Source: Blastocatellia bacterium (lineage in GTDB: Bacteria > Acidobacteriota > Blastocatellia > UBA7656). From it: 64,000 nucleotides of DNA. Below are positions 41,003-50,869 of the stretch, one piece after another (the stretch's first letter is position 1; each line of letters starts with the position of its first letter). Location: assembly GCA_963765495.1 (NCBI GenBank), contig CAVXWP010000007.1, positions 224,001 through 288,000 of the forward strand. Direction: 5' to 3'. The position numbers were made by a program, and so were the translations under genes. The notes under the pieces were generated by a model that ran no database searches, was not told the origin of the DNA, and saw nothing but the letters and a program-made list of their open reading frames with translations.

Positions 41003-41234
41003 TACTTTCTCCTGATACTGAATCTTTACGTTTAGAAAGCCTGTGGGTCGCACGAGCACAAGCCGGTGTGAATTGCCTTGCTAGTCGCTTGCAGGTGAGA
41101 CGCATCTCGCGTGCAGAGAAAAGCTTTAATGAATAAAAAAGATACCATATTCATCGAAAGAGTGTCTAAAAAAAGACGCTGCGATGCGGGGAAAGATGAG
41201 GGCTATTCGCTTCTCAAAGAGGGAGCAGCTTTGT

Positions 41235-41311
41235 GAATCTTTGCGCGCTTTGCGTCTTTGCGAGCGACAGGTTCTGGCCGGGTCGCAAAGACGCAAAGCG
41301 CGCAGAGATTC
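41235..41311. repeat. Long palindrome built from CTTTGCG units
   Basis: GAATCTTTGCGCGCTTTGCGTCTTTGCGA / TCGCAAAGACGCAAAGCGCGCAGAGATTC (29-bp arms, one mismatch). Confidence 0.85.
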
Positions 41312-41418
41312 TTCTTGGAATTAAATGATGCTGATCTCTCTTCCGTATCTCTCTCAGGTTGGCAAGCAGGTCATAACCGGGATAGGATTATGTAATAAAG
41401 AAGAATTCGGGAATTAAG

Positions 41419-42522
41419 ATGTGCAAGGTTAAGAACTCGATTTTATCGCTCGCGCTGATCCTGTTTGCGATGGCCGGCGCGGTCTCGGCGCAGGTGCCTC
41501 AATCCGATAATCAGGATGAACCTATACGGCTCAAGGCCGATCTGGTCACGGTCATGGCTGCTGTTGTAGACTCAAAAGGCGGCGCAATCAAATCGCTTAA
41601 AGCCGAAGACTTCGACATCTATGAAAACGGCGTGAAGCAGGAAATATCTCATTTCGCGCCTACCGAAGAGCCTTTCTCGATAATGCTTTTGCTCGATATT
41701 TCAGGCTCTACTTCCGCCGACATCGAATTGATCAAACACGCGGCAAAAAGCTTTCTCGGCCAGTTGCGCAAGGATGATCGCGTTGGCGTGATAGTCTTCA
41801 GCCGCGAGATCGAGATGATCGCCGATTTCACAGACAGCCGTCAGCAGGTAGAGTCGGCCATCGCCCGCATAGGCACGCCCGAGGGGGATGACGATCACAG
41901 GTTTAATGCAAACACAGGCACATCCTTTTATGACGCGATGTATCTGGCCGTAGACGAAAGCCCGCTCAAGCAGACCGAAGGGCGCAAGGCGATAATCTGC
42001 ATGTCGGACGGCGTCGATTCCACGAGCAAGTACAAATACGCGGCGGCGGCGCGGATTGCCGAAGAGTCGGAAGCGTCGGTCTATTTTCTCGAACTCAACA
42101 CGCAGGCGGCCATGCTGGACGGCCTCCTGAAACCTGCCGACGATCCGGGCTACATCAACTTTTCTCAGAGCCAGTTGGATCGTTACTTCGACACTTATGA
42201 CCCCGATTCGATTGAGCGTCACAAACCGCGCAAGATGATCCAGCCGGAATTGCGCCGCGAGATTGCCGCCAAACTCTACGAAATGGCCAAAGACGAAATA
42301 AAAGAGTTGGCCGACCGTACGGGCGGGCGCGTTTATCAGGTCAGCGCGCTCACTGATCTGTCGAGTGTTTATAAACAGGTAGCCGATGACCTGCGCTCGC
42401 AATATTTCATCGGCTACTACCCGACTAACGATAAAGCCGACGGTCGATGGCGCACGCTTCGCGTAGAGGTTCACCGCAAAGACGCAGCCGTTCGCTCGCG
42501 TTCCGGCTACTGGGCGAAGTAG
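41419..42522 (+). CDS. Secreted VWA-domain protein (acidobacterial VWFA-related type)
   Basis: Signal peptide, DLVTV..V.D, MIDAS DISGST, SDGVD, QYFIGYYP, VRSRSGY. Confidence 0.9.
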   Translation: MCKVKNSILSLALILFAMAGAVSAQVPQSDNQDEPIRLKADLVTVMAAVVDSKGGAIKSLKAEDFDIYENGVKQEISHFAPTEEPFSIMLLLDISGSTSADIELIKHAAKSFLGQLRKDDRVGVIVFSREIEMIADFTDSRQQVESAIARIGTPEGDDDHRFNANTGTSFYDAMYLAVDESPLKQTEGRKAIICMSDGVDSTSKYKYAAAARIAEESEASVYFLELNTQAAMLDGLLKPADDPGYINFSQSQLDRYFDTYDPDSIERHKPRKMIQPELRREIAAKLYEMAKDEIKELADRTGGRVYQVSALTDLSSVYKQVADDLRSQYFIGYYPTNDKADGRWRTLRVEVHRKDAAVRSRSGYWAK

Positions 42523-42645
42523 GAGGGATGAAGGATGAGGGATGAGGGATGAAAAGGAGTTTAAAATAACTACTCGATGAAAAGTGATTCATCGGTTATC
42601 GAGATATTCCCTGAGAGTCCTTTTCATCCCTCATCCCTCATCCCT
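42523..42645. repeat. Heptamer inverted-repeat element, GGGATGA type
   Basis: (GGGATGA)4 AAAGGA, ~60-bp core, TCCTTTT(CATCCCT)3, directly after the VWA stop. Confidence 0.9.
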
Positions 42646-42653
42646 TAAAGATT

Positions 42654-43622
42654 ATGGCTTTATTACTGAAAGAAGAAGATGTAACCGAGCTGCTCGACAT
42701 CGAGACGGCTATCGCTGCGGTCGAAGAGGTCTTGCGCGATCAGGCCGAGGGCGAGGCTCAGAATCGGCCTCGCTCTCGCGTGGCAATGCCTGCTTCGCAA
42801 TTGCACGTGATGTCGGCGGGCGATAAGCGGCTTGGCGTCTGCGGGCTCAAGGCGTATACGGCTTCGCGCAAGGGAGCGCGATTCCTTGTAATGCTTTACG
42901 AGGCGGAAACCGGCGACCTGCTCGCCATAATCGAGGCCGACAGACTCGGCCAGATGCGGACGGGCGCGGCTACGGGCGTGGCTACAAAGTATATGGCCCG
43001 CGCCGACGCTCGACGGGTAGGCATATTCGGCACGGGCTGGCAGGCCGAAAGCCAGTTGATGGCCGTCTGCACCGTGCGGCAGATCGAGCGGATAAAGGCT
43101 TACAGCCGCACGGCGGAACATCGCGAAGCATTCGCCCGCCGCATGTCATCTTTGCTTGGTGTTGAAGTCGTGGCAGCCGAGACCCCCGAAGAGACCGTCC
43201 GCGACTCTTCGATCATAATCACGATGACGACCGCCCGCACGCCTGTGTTCAAAGGCGAATGGCTGGAGCCGGGCGCGCACGTCAACGCTACGGGATCGAA
43301 TTTTCTGGCCAAAGCCGAAATAGATGTCGAAACAATCCGGCGCGCATCACTTGTAGCCGTTGATTCCGTGGAGCAGTCTCGAATGGAAGCCGGAGACCTG
43401 ATGCCCGCAATCGAGCGCGGAGTAATAAGCTGGGAATCGGTGGTGGAACTGGGCCGCATCATTGCCGGACAGATCGCGGGCCGCCGAGACGATACCGACA
43501 TCACGCTGTTTAAATCTAACGGCATCGCGCTTGAAGACATCTCGACCGCCCTCAGTGTTTATAATCTCGCTCGCGCAAGAGACATCGGCCAGGAGATAGA
43601 TTTGTGGGACAAAACGGGTTGA
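42654..43622 (+). CDS. Ornithine cyclodeaminase / mu-crystallin family protein
   Basis: RTGAATGVA, GIFGTGWQA, GAHVNATG, ITLFKSNGIALED. Confidence 0.92.
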   Translation: MALLLKEEDVTELLDIETAIAAVEEVLRDQAEGEAQNRPRSRVAMPASQLHVMSAGDKRLGVCGLKAYTASRKGARFLVMLYEAETGDLLAIIEADRLGQMRTGAATGVATKYMARADARRVGIFGTGWQAESQLMAVCTVRQIERIKAYSRTAEHREAFARRMSSLLGVEVVAAETPEETVRDSSIIITMTTARTPVFKGEWLEPGAHVNATGSNFLAKAEIDVETIRRASLVAVDSVEQSRMEAGDLMPAIERGVISWESVVELGRIIAGQIAGRRDDTDITLFKSNGIALEDISTALSVYNLARARDIGQEIDLWDKTG

Positions 43623-43915
43623 TTCCCATTACCCGGACAATGTTTGCGACCTTAGACCAATTTCCAGTCGCATATGCGGTAAATATTGGGGCAGCCCGAA
43701 TGAGTACATTTATTGTGGCTGCCCGGATTGCCCGAGATGGCCTGAGATGTGCCTCGCACACGGCGGGCGATGACTGCCATCGCGCTTACGACGGATTCGG
43801 GCAGGGACAAGCCCGCGCCGTGCGAAGCACATCATGCGCCAATCGCCCCTACACTTATGCGGGAATTGGTATGAAATCTCAAATCTCAGAGAGGGGGCAA
43901 GCCGCAAAAACAAAT

Positions 43916-43938
43916 AGGGGCGAGATTGTCTCGCCCCT
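43916..43938 (-). terminator. Intrinsic terminator of pckA
   Basis: AGGGGCGAGA-ttg-TCTCGCCCCT with a T-rich tail on the minus strand. Confidence 0.7.
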
Positions 43939-43984
43939 TCCAATGTTTCCCAATAACATTGGTTCAACAGAATTGAAACTTTTG

Positions 43985-45553
43985 CTACTCAATCGCCCGC
44001 GCGATTTCAGGATTCAATCCTTCCCATTTCTGCATGTACTCGCGCCGCTCGTTCTTTAGTCGCTCGACCATCTGATTGTATTCTTCGAGACGGCCCTGAT
44101 GGTCGTAGAGCTTGCGCGGCTGGAGAATATCTTCATCCTCGCCTTCGATGCCGGGGATATGCCGCGCTACTTCGTAACCGAAATCCGGGTCTGTTTCCCA
44201 CTCAATCGTACCTTCGGCGATCCCCTTTACTATCGCCGATGAGTGATGTATTCGCACCTTTTTCGAGCGCTCGTCTTCATCGCGGCCTCCGACCCGGCCC
44301 GTGTTCATCAGATAGACATCTATCGGCGAAGACTCCATAAGCTCAAGAAAACGATTGCCCTGATTGGCGTGTTTGAGCGGGAAGAAAGGGTTTGTGCCGG
44401 GCACGCGCAAAAACTTGCCCGCCTCAGCCGCCCCGCCTGCCGAAGTGCCTCGCGTCTCGCCCAGCATGAAGTAAGCCGATGCCTGCTCTTTGTTCAGGCG
44501 GGCCACCCCCGGGATGATGTTGTCATTGCGGTTGAGGATCAAAAGGAAGTCGGCGCGGTCGATCTCACGCGCATCCAGGGCTCCGGCTATGTCCTGCATG
44601 CGAACAACGGCCCGCCCGTTTTGCGTGTAGCTGGTATCGTAGAAATCAAGCTCGCCCCCCTCCATCTGCGATACGTTTTCCAGATAGGCGTGTTCGCTTG
44701 TAACCGCCTTGTAGATCGTGGGCTCGTCTCTTTCGTTCAGCCCGAATGTCTTTGCGAAGCAACCGTTTTCCGTAGCGTAAACCTTGCCGCCGGGCATCAG
44801 CGCCAGAAAATCATCCTGAACCGGAGAAGAGTTGTTCTGCTTGGTAAAGGTGGTCGTAGTCTTGCCCGTGCCGGAAAGCCCTATGATCAACCCCACGCGG
44901 TTGCGGCCTTCGACGGGTATGACCTTGCATCCGGCGTGCAGCGCCAGTCCGCCACGGTCATAGACCATCTGATTCCACATCCTGAGCCCGCCCTTTTTCG
45001 ACTCGCCGAAGTAGTCGCTGTTGAATACCCGCGTTATGCCGCTTGAGAGATCAACCGCGATCAGACGATCCGCAGGATAGCCATCCATCTTCAGATTCGG
45101 AGTGTATATTACCGTGAGTTTCGGCTCAAAACTGCCGAGTTCTTCGTCGCTCACCGGATAGTACAGGTGTTGCTGCATCGCGCCGATATTGGCATTCGAC
45201 CGCTCAATTATGAGACGGGCAGGTACGCGGAAATCGGGATCATTACCGATGTAGCCGTCAACTACTATCATCTCCGTGGTACGGATGTAATCGTCTTGAA
45301 TCTTTGAGACTCGTCTGTATTCTTCAAGTGTTATGGTCTGCGAATCGAAGAGTTCGGGCGTGTCGGTTGCGACATAAGTTGAAAGCTTGGATCTGGCATC
45401 AACTCTTGTCTGGGTGTTTGTATTGTTGTAGACGGTGATGCGGGTATTGGGCATCTCTTTGGTAAGTTCTCGCAGGCGGTCGGGCGACGGGTTCCAAATG
45501 ACTTTTTTGGGCTCCACCGGCAACCTGCTGATCTTCGTATGCGGTTTGCTCAT
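43985..45553 (-). CDS. pckA: Phosphoenolpyruvate carboxykinase (ATP), divergent type
   Basis: YFGESKKG, LHAGC, P-loop GLSGTGKTT, QDD, ENGCFAK, ENV, TQNGR, YLMNTG. Confidence 0.88.
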   Translation of the reverse strand: MSKPHTKISRLPVEPKKVIWNPSPDRLRELTKEMPNTRITVYNNTNTQTRVDARSKLSTYVATDTPELFDSQTITLEEYRRVSKIQDDYIRTTEMIVVDGYIGNDPDFRVPARLIIERSNANIGAMQQHLYYPVSDEELGSFEPKLTVIYTPNLKMDGYPADRLIAVDLSSGITRVFNSDYFGESKKGGLRMWNQMVYDRGGLALHAGCKVIPVEGRNRVGLIIGLSGTGKTTTTFTKQNNSSPVQDDFLALMPGGKVYATENGCFAKTFGLNERDEPTIYKAVTSEHAYLENVSQMEGGELDFYDTSYTQNGRAVVRMQDIAGALDAREIDRADFLLILNRNDNIIPGVARLNKEQASAYFMLGETRGTSAGGAAEAGKFLRVPGTNPFFPLKHANQGNRFLELMESSPIDVYLMNTGRVGGRDEDERSKKVRIHHSSAIVKGIAEGTIEWETDPDFGYEVARHIPGIEGEDEDILQPRKLYDHQGRLEEYNQMVERLKNERREYMQKWEGLNPEIARAIE

Positions 45554-45741
45554 TCAGGCCTCCAATCAGGTTGGTTAAATTAATTGATTACTCAGACCAT
45601 GAATCTTAACCGAATGCCCCCTTTATGACAATATTAGACAATATAGAGCCTGTCTGAATACGAGCGCCGGTATTTTCTGATGGCGGTAGGAATCTTGATT
45701 AATCCCCTCGAATCCTGGCTTCCGCTTTTCACCTTTTGGTT

Positions 45742-47214
45742 TTACCAGAGCCCGAGCAGCTTCCACCACGTGAAGCCGATTGCCACCCAGATCAGTATGT
45801 TGGGAACCGATACGATAAGGCCCAGCCACCACCAGGTGCGCTGTTTGACGTAGCCCGCGCCGAAATAGATGGGAGCGGGCGTCGTGCCGTAATGCGTAAG
45901 CGAGGCCATGAGATTGGATAGATAAGCCATCGAAAGCACGGCAAGAAACGGCGGTGCTCCGGCAGCGATTATCACTATCAAAAACGGCGTATACATCGCC
46001 GTCGAATGCGCCGTGATGCTTGCGAAACCGTAGTGAGCGTAAAAATAGATCAGCACGAGTACGCCGAGAGCCGCCCACCACGCCCAGCCAACGGTAAAGC
46101 TTGCAGCGGAGTCTGCGAAACGATTTGTGATGCCCGTCTCTCCGAGTGCTTCGGCCATTCGCACAAGCCCGCCATACCATATGTAAACATCCCATGCGGC
46201 GCGCTCCGATACTACGTCTTCCCATTCCAGCACGCCCGTCACAAGCAGCACGCAGATGCCTGCTACGGCGATCACGGCATAGTTGATTCCATGAAATGCG
46301 GTCGTAAGCCACATGCCCGCCACAAAGAGGAAGACCATCAACATCAATTTCTCTGGCCTGGACATTCCTCCCATGCGTTTTAATTCATCCGAAGCGAGGC
46401 GGGCCGCGCCGGGCGTGCGTTTTATTTCCGGCGGAAATATTTTGTAGATCAGCAGCGGTATCAGAGCCAGTGAGACCAGCCCCGGCACTATGGCTCCGAG
46501 CGCCCATTGCGTATAGGTTAACTCGATCCCCGTAACATCTTTTGCGAATTTTGCGATCAACACATTTGACGCCTGCCCGGTCAAAAACATCGCGCAGACT
46601 ATGACATCGCATTGATAGATGAGCGGCATCAGGAAAGCGCCCAGCCTTCCGGCCGTGGGGCCGGGTCTTGAATCATAAGCCTCGGCGAGGCTCTCGGCTA
46701 TCGGGAATATTATTCCGCCGCAACGCGCTCCGTTTGAGGGAATTACCGAGGCCAGAACCATGTCGGTCGAAGCAAGCGCATAAGCGAGCCCGAGCGAGCG
46801 ATGGCCTATGGCGCGGATGAAGAGAAAAGCTATTCGCCTGCCAAGCCCCGTCTTTATCATCCCGCGAGACATCATAAAGGCTGCAAGCACAAGCCACACA
46901 AGCGGGTCGGCGTAACCTTCGAGCGCCCTGGCCACGGGCATCACGCCTGTGATGGCTATCGTTGAAACCCCGAGCAGCACCATCGCCCCGCCCGGCAGCG
47001 GTTGCGCAATCAAACCCATGATGGTCGCTACGAAGATGGCAAGCAATCGCCAGGACTCGACCGCAATCCCCGAAGGAACCGGGATCATCAGGACGGCAAG
47101 GCCCGAAAGCAAAACCGCAGCCCATCGAATGAGAGCGCCCCCGCGATCTCTTGTGCGGGCATTTTTTACTTCAATCGGCGGGTCGGAATGAGTCGGATCA
47201 GGGACGGGATGCAT
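45742..47214 (-). CDS. DASS family anion:sodium symporter (CitT / 2-oxoglutarate-malate type)
   Basis: KTGLGRRIA, IPSNGAR.GG, AMFLTG, HYGFASITAH, LTHYGTTPAPIYFGAGYV; start codon uncertain. Confidence 0.9.
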   Translation of the reverse strand: MHPVPDPTHSDPPIEVKNARTRDRGGALIRWAAVLLSGLAVLMIPVPSGIAVESWRLLAIFVATIMGLIAQPLPGGAMVLLGVSTIAITGVMPVARALEGYADPLVWLVLAAFMMSRGMIKTGLGRRIAFLFIRAIGHRSLGLAYALASTDMVLASVIPSNGARCGGIIFPIAESLAEAYDSRPGPTAGRLGAFLMPLIYQCDVIVCAMFLTGQASNVLIAKFAKDVTGIELTYTQWALGAIVPGLVSLALIPLLIYKIFPPEIKRTPGAARLASDELKRMGGMSRPEKLMLMVFLFVAGMWLTTAFHGINYAVIAVAGICVLLVTGVLEWEDVVSERAAWDVYIWYGGLVRMAEALGETGITNRFADSAASFTVGWAWWAALGVLVLIYFYAHYGFASITAHSTAMYTPFLIVIIAAGAPPFLAVLSMAYLSNLMASLTHYGTTPAPIYFGAGYVKQRTWWWLGLIVSVPNILIWVAIGFTWWKLLGLW

Positions 47215-47365
47215 GCGCGATAAACCTTCCGGGTTCGAGAGTCTTCGAGTCGGGCGCGATACTAACATCGAGAGCAGTCATACTCAAGTGCTCGAATAAT
47301 TCCGATACCGGCCTTGAAAAAAAACCGCGTGAGACTATATAACATACCGACAGCGGGAGACCCTC

Positions 47366-48994
47366 ATGAAGCAACAACTCGATTTCAAGTCTCGACCCGG
47401 AGTCTATTCGCGGCTCTGCCTCTGGCTAGCCCTCGCCTTGCTTTTTGTAGCTGTCTCTCCTGCGTCGGCTCACGCCCAGAAATGTAACAAGCTGTTTCCG
47501 GCAGGCAACGGGCAGGATGATTCGGCTCGGATAAATGAGTGCCTGCAAAACGAGGGACGCGCAAAGCTCAAGAAAGGAACTTTTCTGCTCTATAGCCCTA
47601 TAGTATTTCCGCGCACTTCAAAATCGGGCAATGATGTTGTGAGCGGAGTCAGGTTGATAGGCAAGAACCGCGATAAGACACGGCTGGTCGTGCAATCCGA
47701 TTGCGGCGCTCACTGGCCTTTTGAGGAAGGGTCGTCGCCGGGTCTGTATCAGCCTGTCATCCAGGCGGTCAGATCGCCTGGCGCTATAATCAAAAACTTC
47801 GAGCTTGATTTGAGCAATCTGAGAAAAGACTGCGGCTATATGGGCAGCTACGTCGTCACTCTCAATAAGAGCCCCGGAAGCAATGTGACTAATCTTGGAA
47901 TATTCGGTTCTCAGTATGGAGGCGTTTCTTACACGACAGGGGGCGCAAACTCAGGGGGCATCTCCGTAGTGCTTTCCCCCGGGTCGCTTGTGAGCGGAAA
48001 TATCATGAGAGATATTGGGTTTGCCAAAGAGAACGGAGGGACTTCGGCGGGGTCTTCCGGTCTGGCCGTTATAAATTCGGGCAATACCATTGTCGAGGAC
48101 AACGAAATAACGCGGGTTGCGTTTGGCATAATAATTTCGAATACGGATCTTTCGGGCGACAGCAGCGGAACCGTCGTGAAAGGCAACCATATAATCGGGG
48201 CAGCCGGAGTCAGTTGCCCGGATTGTTCACAGGGGCGCGCAATCAAGCTTCAAGCCTGCGGGCCGGGCGGTGAACCGCCTCTGGAGAACATAGTCGTACG
48301 CGACAACACGGCTACCGATTTTGGCGGCCCGCACGGCGTGCAGGACGGGTCAGGGCTCGACCTCGTATGCGGAGTCCGTTACAGCATCTTCGAAAACAAC
48401 AAGCTCATCGGAGCGCCGACCGCCGAATTCGGGCTTCAGATAAGAAGCTCATATGCCGGGACATCCGTAAACACGACTCATCATAATATATTCAACTTCA
48501 ACACCTTTGCTTCGGGCAGGGGCAGGCTCGGCTGCAACCTTGAGTGCTCCGATGTGAACTTTACAGGCGACGGGCCGGATCAGATTGGCATACAGCGAAA
48601 CGGACAGGACAGGGCGGGCAGCAATACTTTTTCCAGCCTCAGAACCGCAAATGACCGGGGATGCAACGAGTACAGCCACGCCTTTGTCGTTTACCTGAGC
48701 GGCAAGAATTTCGTCCGGCAGGGCGAAAACATTTTACTGGCCGCAAGCGGGGTACGTCCTTCCCGGCGGGTGCGGTTCCGCTTCGTTCGAACAGAAGATG
48801 GAATCACGGTAAGCGAATATAGTTCGCAGCCCGCTCAAAGTAATTGCGTTTTGAATCAGGAAGAGTATTTGATCGAGCCGGATCTGTTCACGCCCGGCTC
48901 GTATCAGGTATTTGCCGATTACGATGACGGCAACACCGATGCCGTTATCTCCGACGATCCGATTGCCGTCATCACTGTGAAGCAGGGCAAGTAG
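47366..48994 (+). CDS. Secreted right-handed beta-helix protein with C-terminal beta-sandwich
   Basis: Signal peptide ending ASAHA, DDSARINECL..GTF opening typical of beta-helix carbohydrate enzymes, repeated ..V.GN.I / ..V.DN.. turns. Confidence 0.7.
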   Translation: MKQQLDFKSRPGVYSRLCLWLALALLFVAVSPASAHAQKCNKLFPAGNGQDDSARINECLQNEGRAKLKKGTFLLYSPIVFPRTSKSGNDVVSGVRLIGKNRDKTRLVVQSDCGAHWPFEEGSSPGLYQPVIQAVRSPGAIIKNFELDLSNLRKDCGYMGSYVVTLNKSPGSNVTNLGIFGSQYGGVSYTTGGANSGGISVVLSPGSLVSGNIMRDIGFAKENGGTSAGSSGLAVINSGNTIVEDNEITRVAFGIIISNTDLSGDSSGTVVKGNHIIGAAGVSCPDCSQGRAIKLQACGPGGEPPLENIVVRDNTATDFGGPHGVQDGSGLDLVCGVRYSIFENNKLIGAPTAEFGLQIRSSYAGTSVNTTHHNIFNFNTFASGRGRLGCNLECSDVNFTGDGPDQIGIQRNGQDRAGSNTFSSLRTANDRGCNEYSHAFVVYLSGKNFVRQGENILLAASGVRPSRRVRFRFVRTEDGITVSEYSSQPAQSNCVLNQEEYLIEPDLFTPGSYQVFADYDDGNTDAVISDDPIAVITVKQGK

Positions 48995-49011
48995 AGTTTA
49001 AATATAGTTTT

Positions 49012-50850
49012 TCAATCTCCGGCCGATGCAGTTTGAATTGCCGGAGAAGATGTGACATCGGGTTTCATCCAGGACAACTGCACGAGCGCGTTTTCAGGGA
49101 CATTTCGCGGATCGCACACGCCACATCTTATGCAGACATCAATGGCCGGGCACGGTTTGGTTATGCGTTCGGCCATCGCGCGTTGATACTCTTTTTTCAT
49201 GAACTCGGTCGTAAGACCTATGTCAACCACGTCCCACGGCAGAGCCTCGTCAAGCGAGCGCCGCCTGAGCGCATAGCCGGAATATTTCCGCATGGCCTGT
49301 CGCCAGTTGCCCGTCCTGTCCACTTCGAGTATGAACTCCGAAACGCGGCGGTCGCCAAGCGATATCAACGCCTGGAGATGAGCGATGCGCGATGACATTG
49401 CGCGCACCTCTACGTTAGGGATGTGTTTGAATGCGCGAGTCAGATACTTGATCTTTTGATCCAGCACGCGCTCGGGCTCTATGGGCTCCCACTGAAAAGG
49501 AGTCTGCGGTTTTGGCACAAAGGCGTTGAGCGAAACTATGATTGAGCCTACGCGACCGCGAGGGCGGGCGATCTCGATCATCCGATCGCGGATGCGCTCG
49601 GTCAATGCGACTATTGCATCGAGGTCTTCTTCTTCTTCGGTCGGCAGCCCGATCATCATGTAGAGCTTGAGATTGAATATGCCGCGCTCAAATATCATCT
49701 CGGCGATCTCGACTATCTGATCGTTTGTGAGGTTTTTGTTTATGACGCGACGAAGGCGATCCGAGCCGGTTTCAGGAGCGATGGCCAGTTGCTGATCGTT
49801 GCGGCGCACAAGCGCGTCGAGCAGTTCCGGCGAAATCTGATCGAGCCGGAGCGATGAAACCGACACCTGATAATCGAGTTCCTCAAGCCCGTCGAGTATC
49901 TTGTGAATCTCGGGGTGGTCGCATACGGCTGTGGCCACGAGGCCGATCTTGTCGGTGAGCTTTCGCATATCGGCTGCGCGGGCAAGCAACTTTTCAGCAG
50001 AAAAGACTCGCGGGGCAAGGTATGAGTATCCGGCCCAGCAGAACCGGCAACCCATCGAACACCCGCGAGAAATCTCTACCAGATAACGACCGCTCATCTC
50101 GGTATTCTCGGTCAGAATCTCGCTTGCGGGGATAAATGCATCATCAAAGCGTCCGTTGCCCTCCTGCTTGCGCATGGGATTGCGCATGGTAAAGACCCTG
50201 CGGGGGGCGCCCTCCTTCGGTTCGAGATGCCCCATGCTGCCGTCTTCGTGATAATGGGCTTCGTAAAATCTGGGCACGTAAAAACCCGGCTCGCGTGTGA
50301 GGCGAAGGAGCAAATCTTCGCGCGATTCGGCCTCGCTCATTACTTTGAGCAATGCGGGGATGAGGACTTCGCCTTCGCCCACGGTTACCACGTCAATAAA
50401 TGGCGCTACGGGTTCGGGATTGAGAAAGGCCGCCGCGCCACCCATCACTACGAGCGGGTGCCATTCGTTTCTGCTTTCGGCCATCACGGGAATCTTTGAA
50501 AGCCTGAGCAGTTTTGGGATATTCAGATAATCGGTCTCAAACGAGACAGAGATGGCAAGCAGATCGAAATCCGAAACAGGGATTTCGCTTTCGAGCGAAA
50601 CCAGCGGCGAACGCGTGCGCTCAAGCTCGCGCTCGATGTCCGGGTCGGGTATGAAGACGCGTTCACACGACACGCCCGAATTCATATTGAAAAGCTGGTA
50701 CACAGACTGAAATCCGAGATTCGACATCCCTATGTGATAGGTGTTTGGATATGCCAGCGCGATATCGATTCCAAGCCCGTGAGGTTTGTGATAAACCAGT
50801 CCCGTCTCTTCGCTCAGTATTTTTCTATATCGATCTTTTATCTTCTGCAT
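49012..50850 (-). CDS. Radical SAM protein with N-terminal B12-binding-like region
   Basis: YPNTYHIGMSNLG, EISRGCSMGCRFC (CxxxCxxC), APETGSDRLR, FVPKPQTPFQW, C-terminal C..C..CGVC. Confidence 0.9.
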   Translation of the reverse strand: MQKIKDRYRKILSEETGLVYHKPHGLGIDIALAYPNTYHIGMSNLGFQSVYQLFNMNSGVSCERVFIPDPDIERELERTRSPLVSLESEIPVSDFDLLAISVSFETDYLNIPKLLRLSKIPVMAESRNEWHPLVVMGGAAAFLNPEPVAPFIDVVTVGEGEVLIPALLKVMSEAESREDLLLRLTREPGFYVPRFYEAHYHEDGSMGHLEPKEGAPRRVFTMRNPMRKQEGNGRFDDAFIPASEILTENTEMSGRYLVEISRGCSMGCRFCWAGYSYLAPRVFSAEKLLARAADMRKLTDKIGLVATAVCDHPEIHKILDGLEELDYQVSVSSLRLDQISPELLDALVRRNDQQLAIAPETGSDRLRRVINKNLTNDQIVEIAEMIFERGIFNLKLYMMIGLPTEEEEDLDAIVALTERIRDRMIEIARPRGRVGSIIVSLNAFVPKPQTPFQWEPIEPERVLDQKIKYLTRAFKHIPNVEVRAMSSRIAHLQALISLGDRRVSEFILEVDRTGNWRQAMRKYSGYALRRRSLDEALPWDVVDIGLTTEFMKKEYQRAMAERITKPCPAIDVCIRCGVCDPRNVPENALVQLSWMKPDVTSSPAIQTASAGD

Positions 50851-50869
50851 CTAAAATCCAATCAATTTT

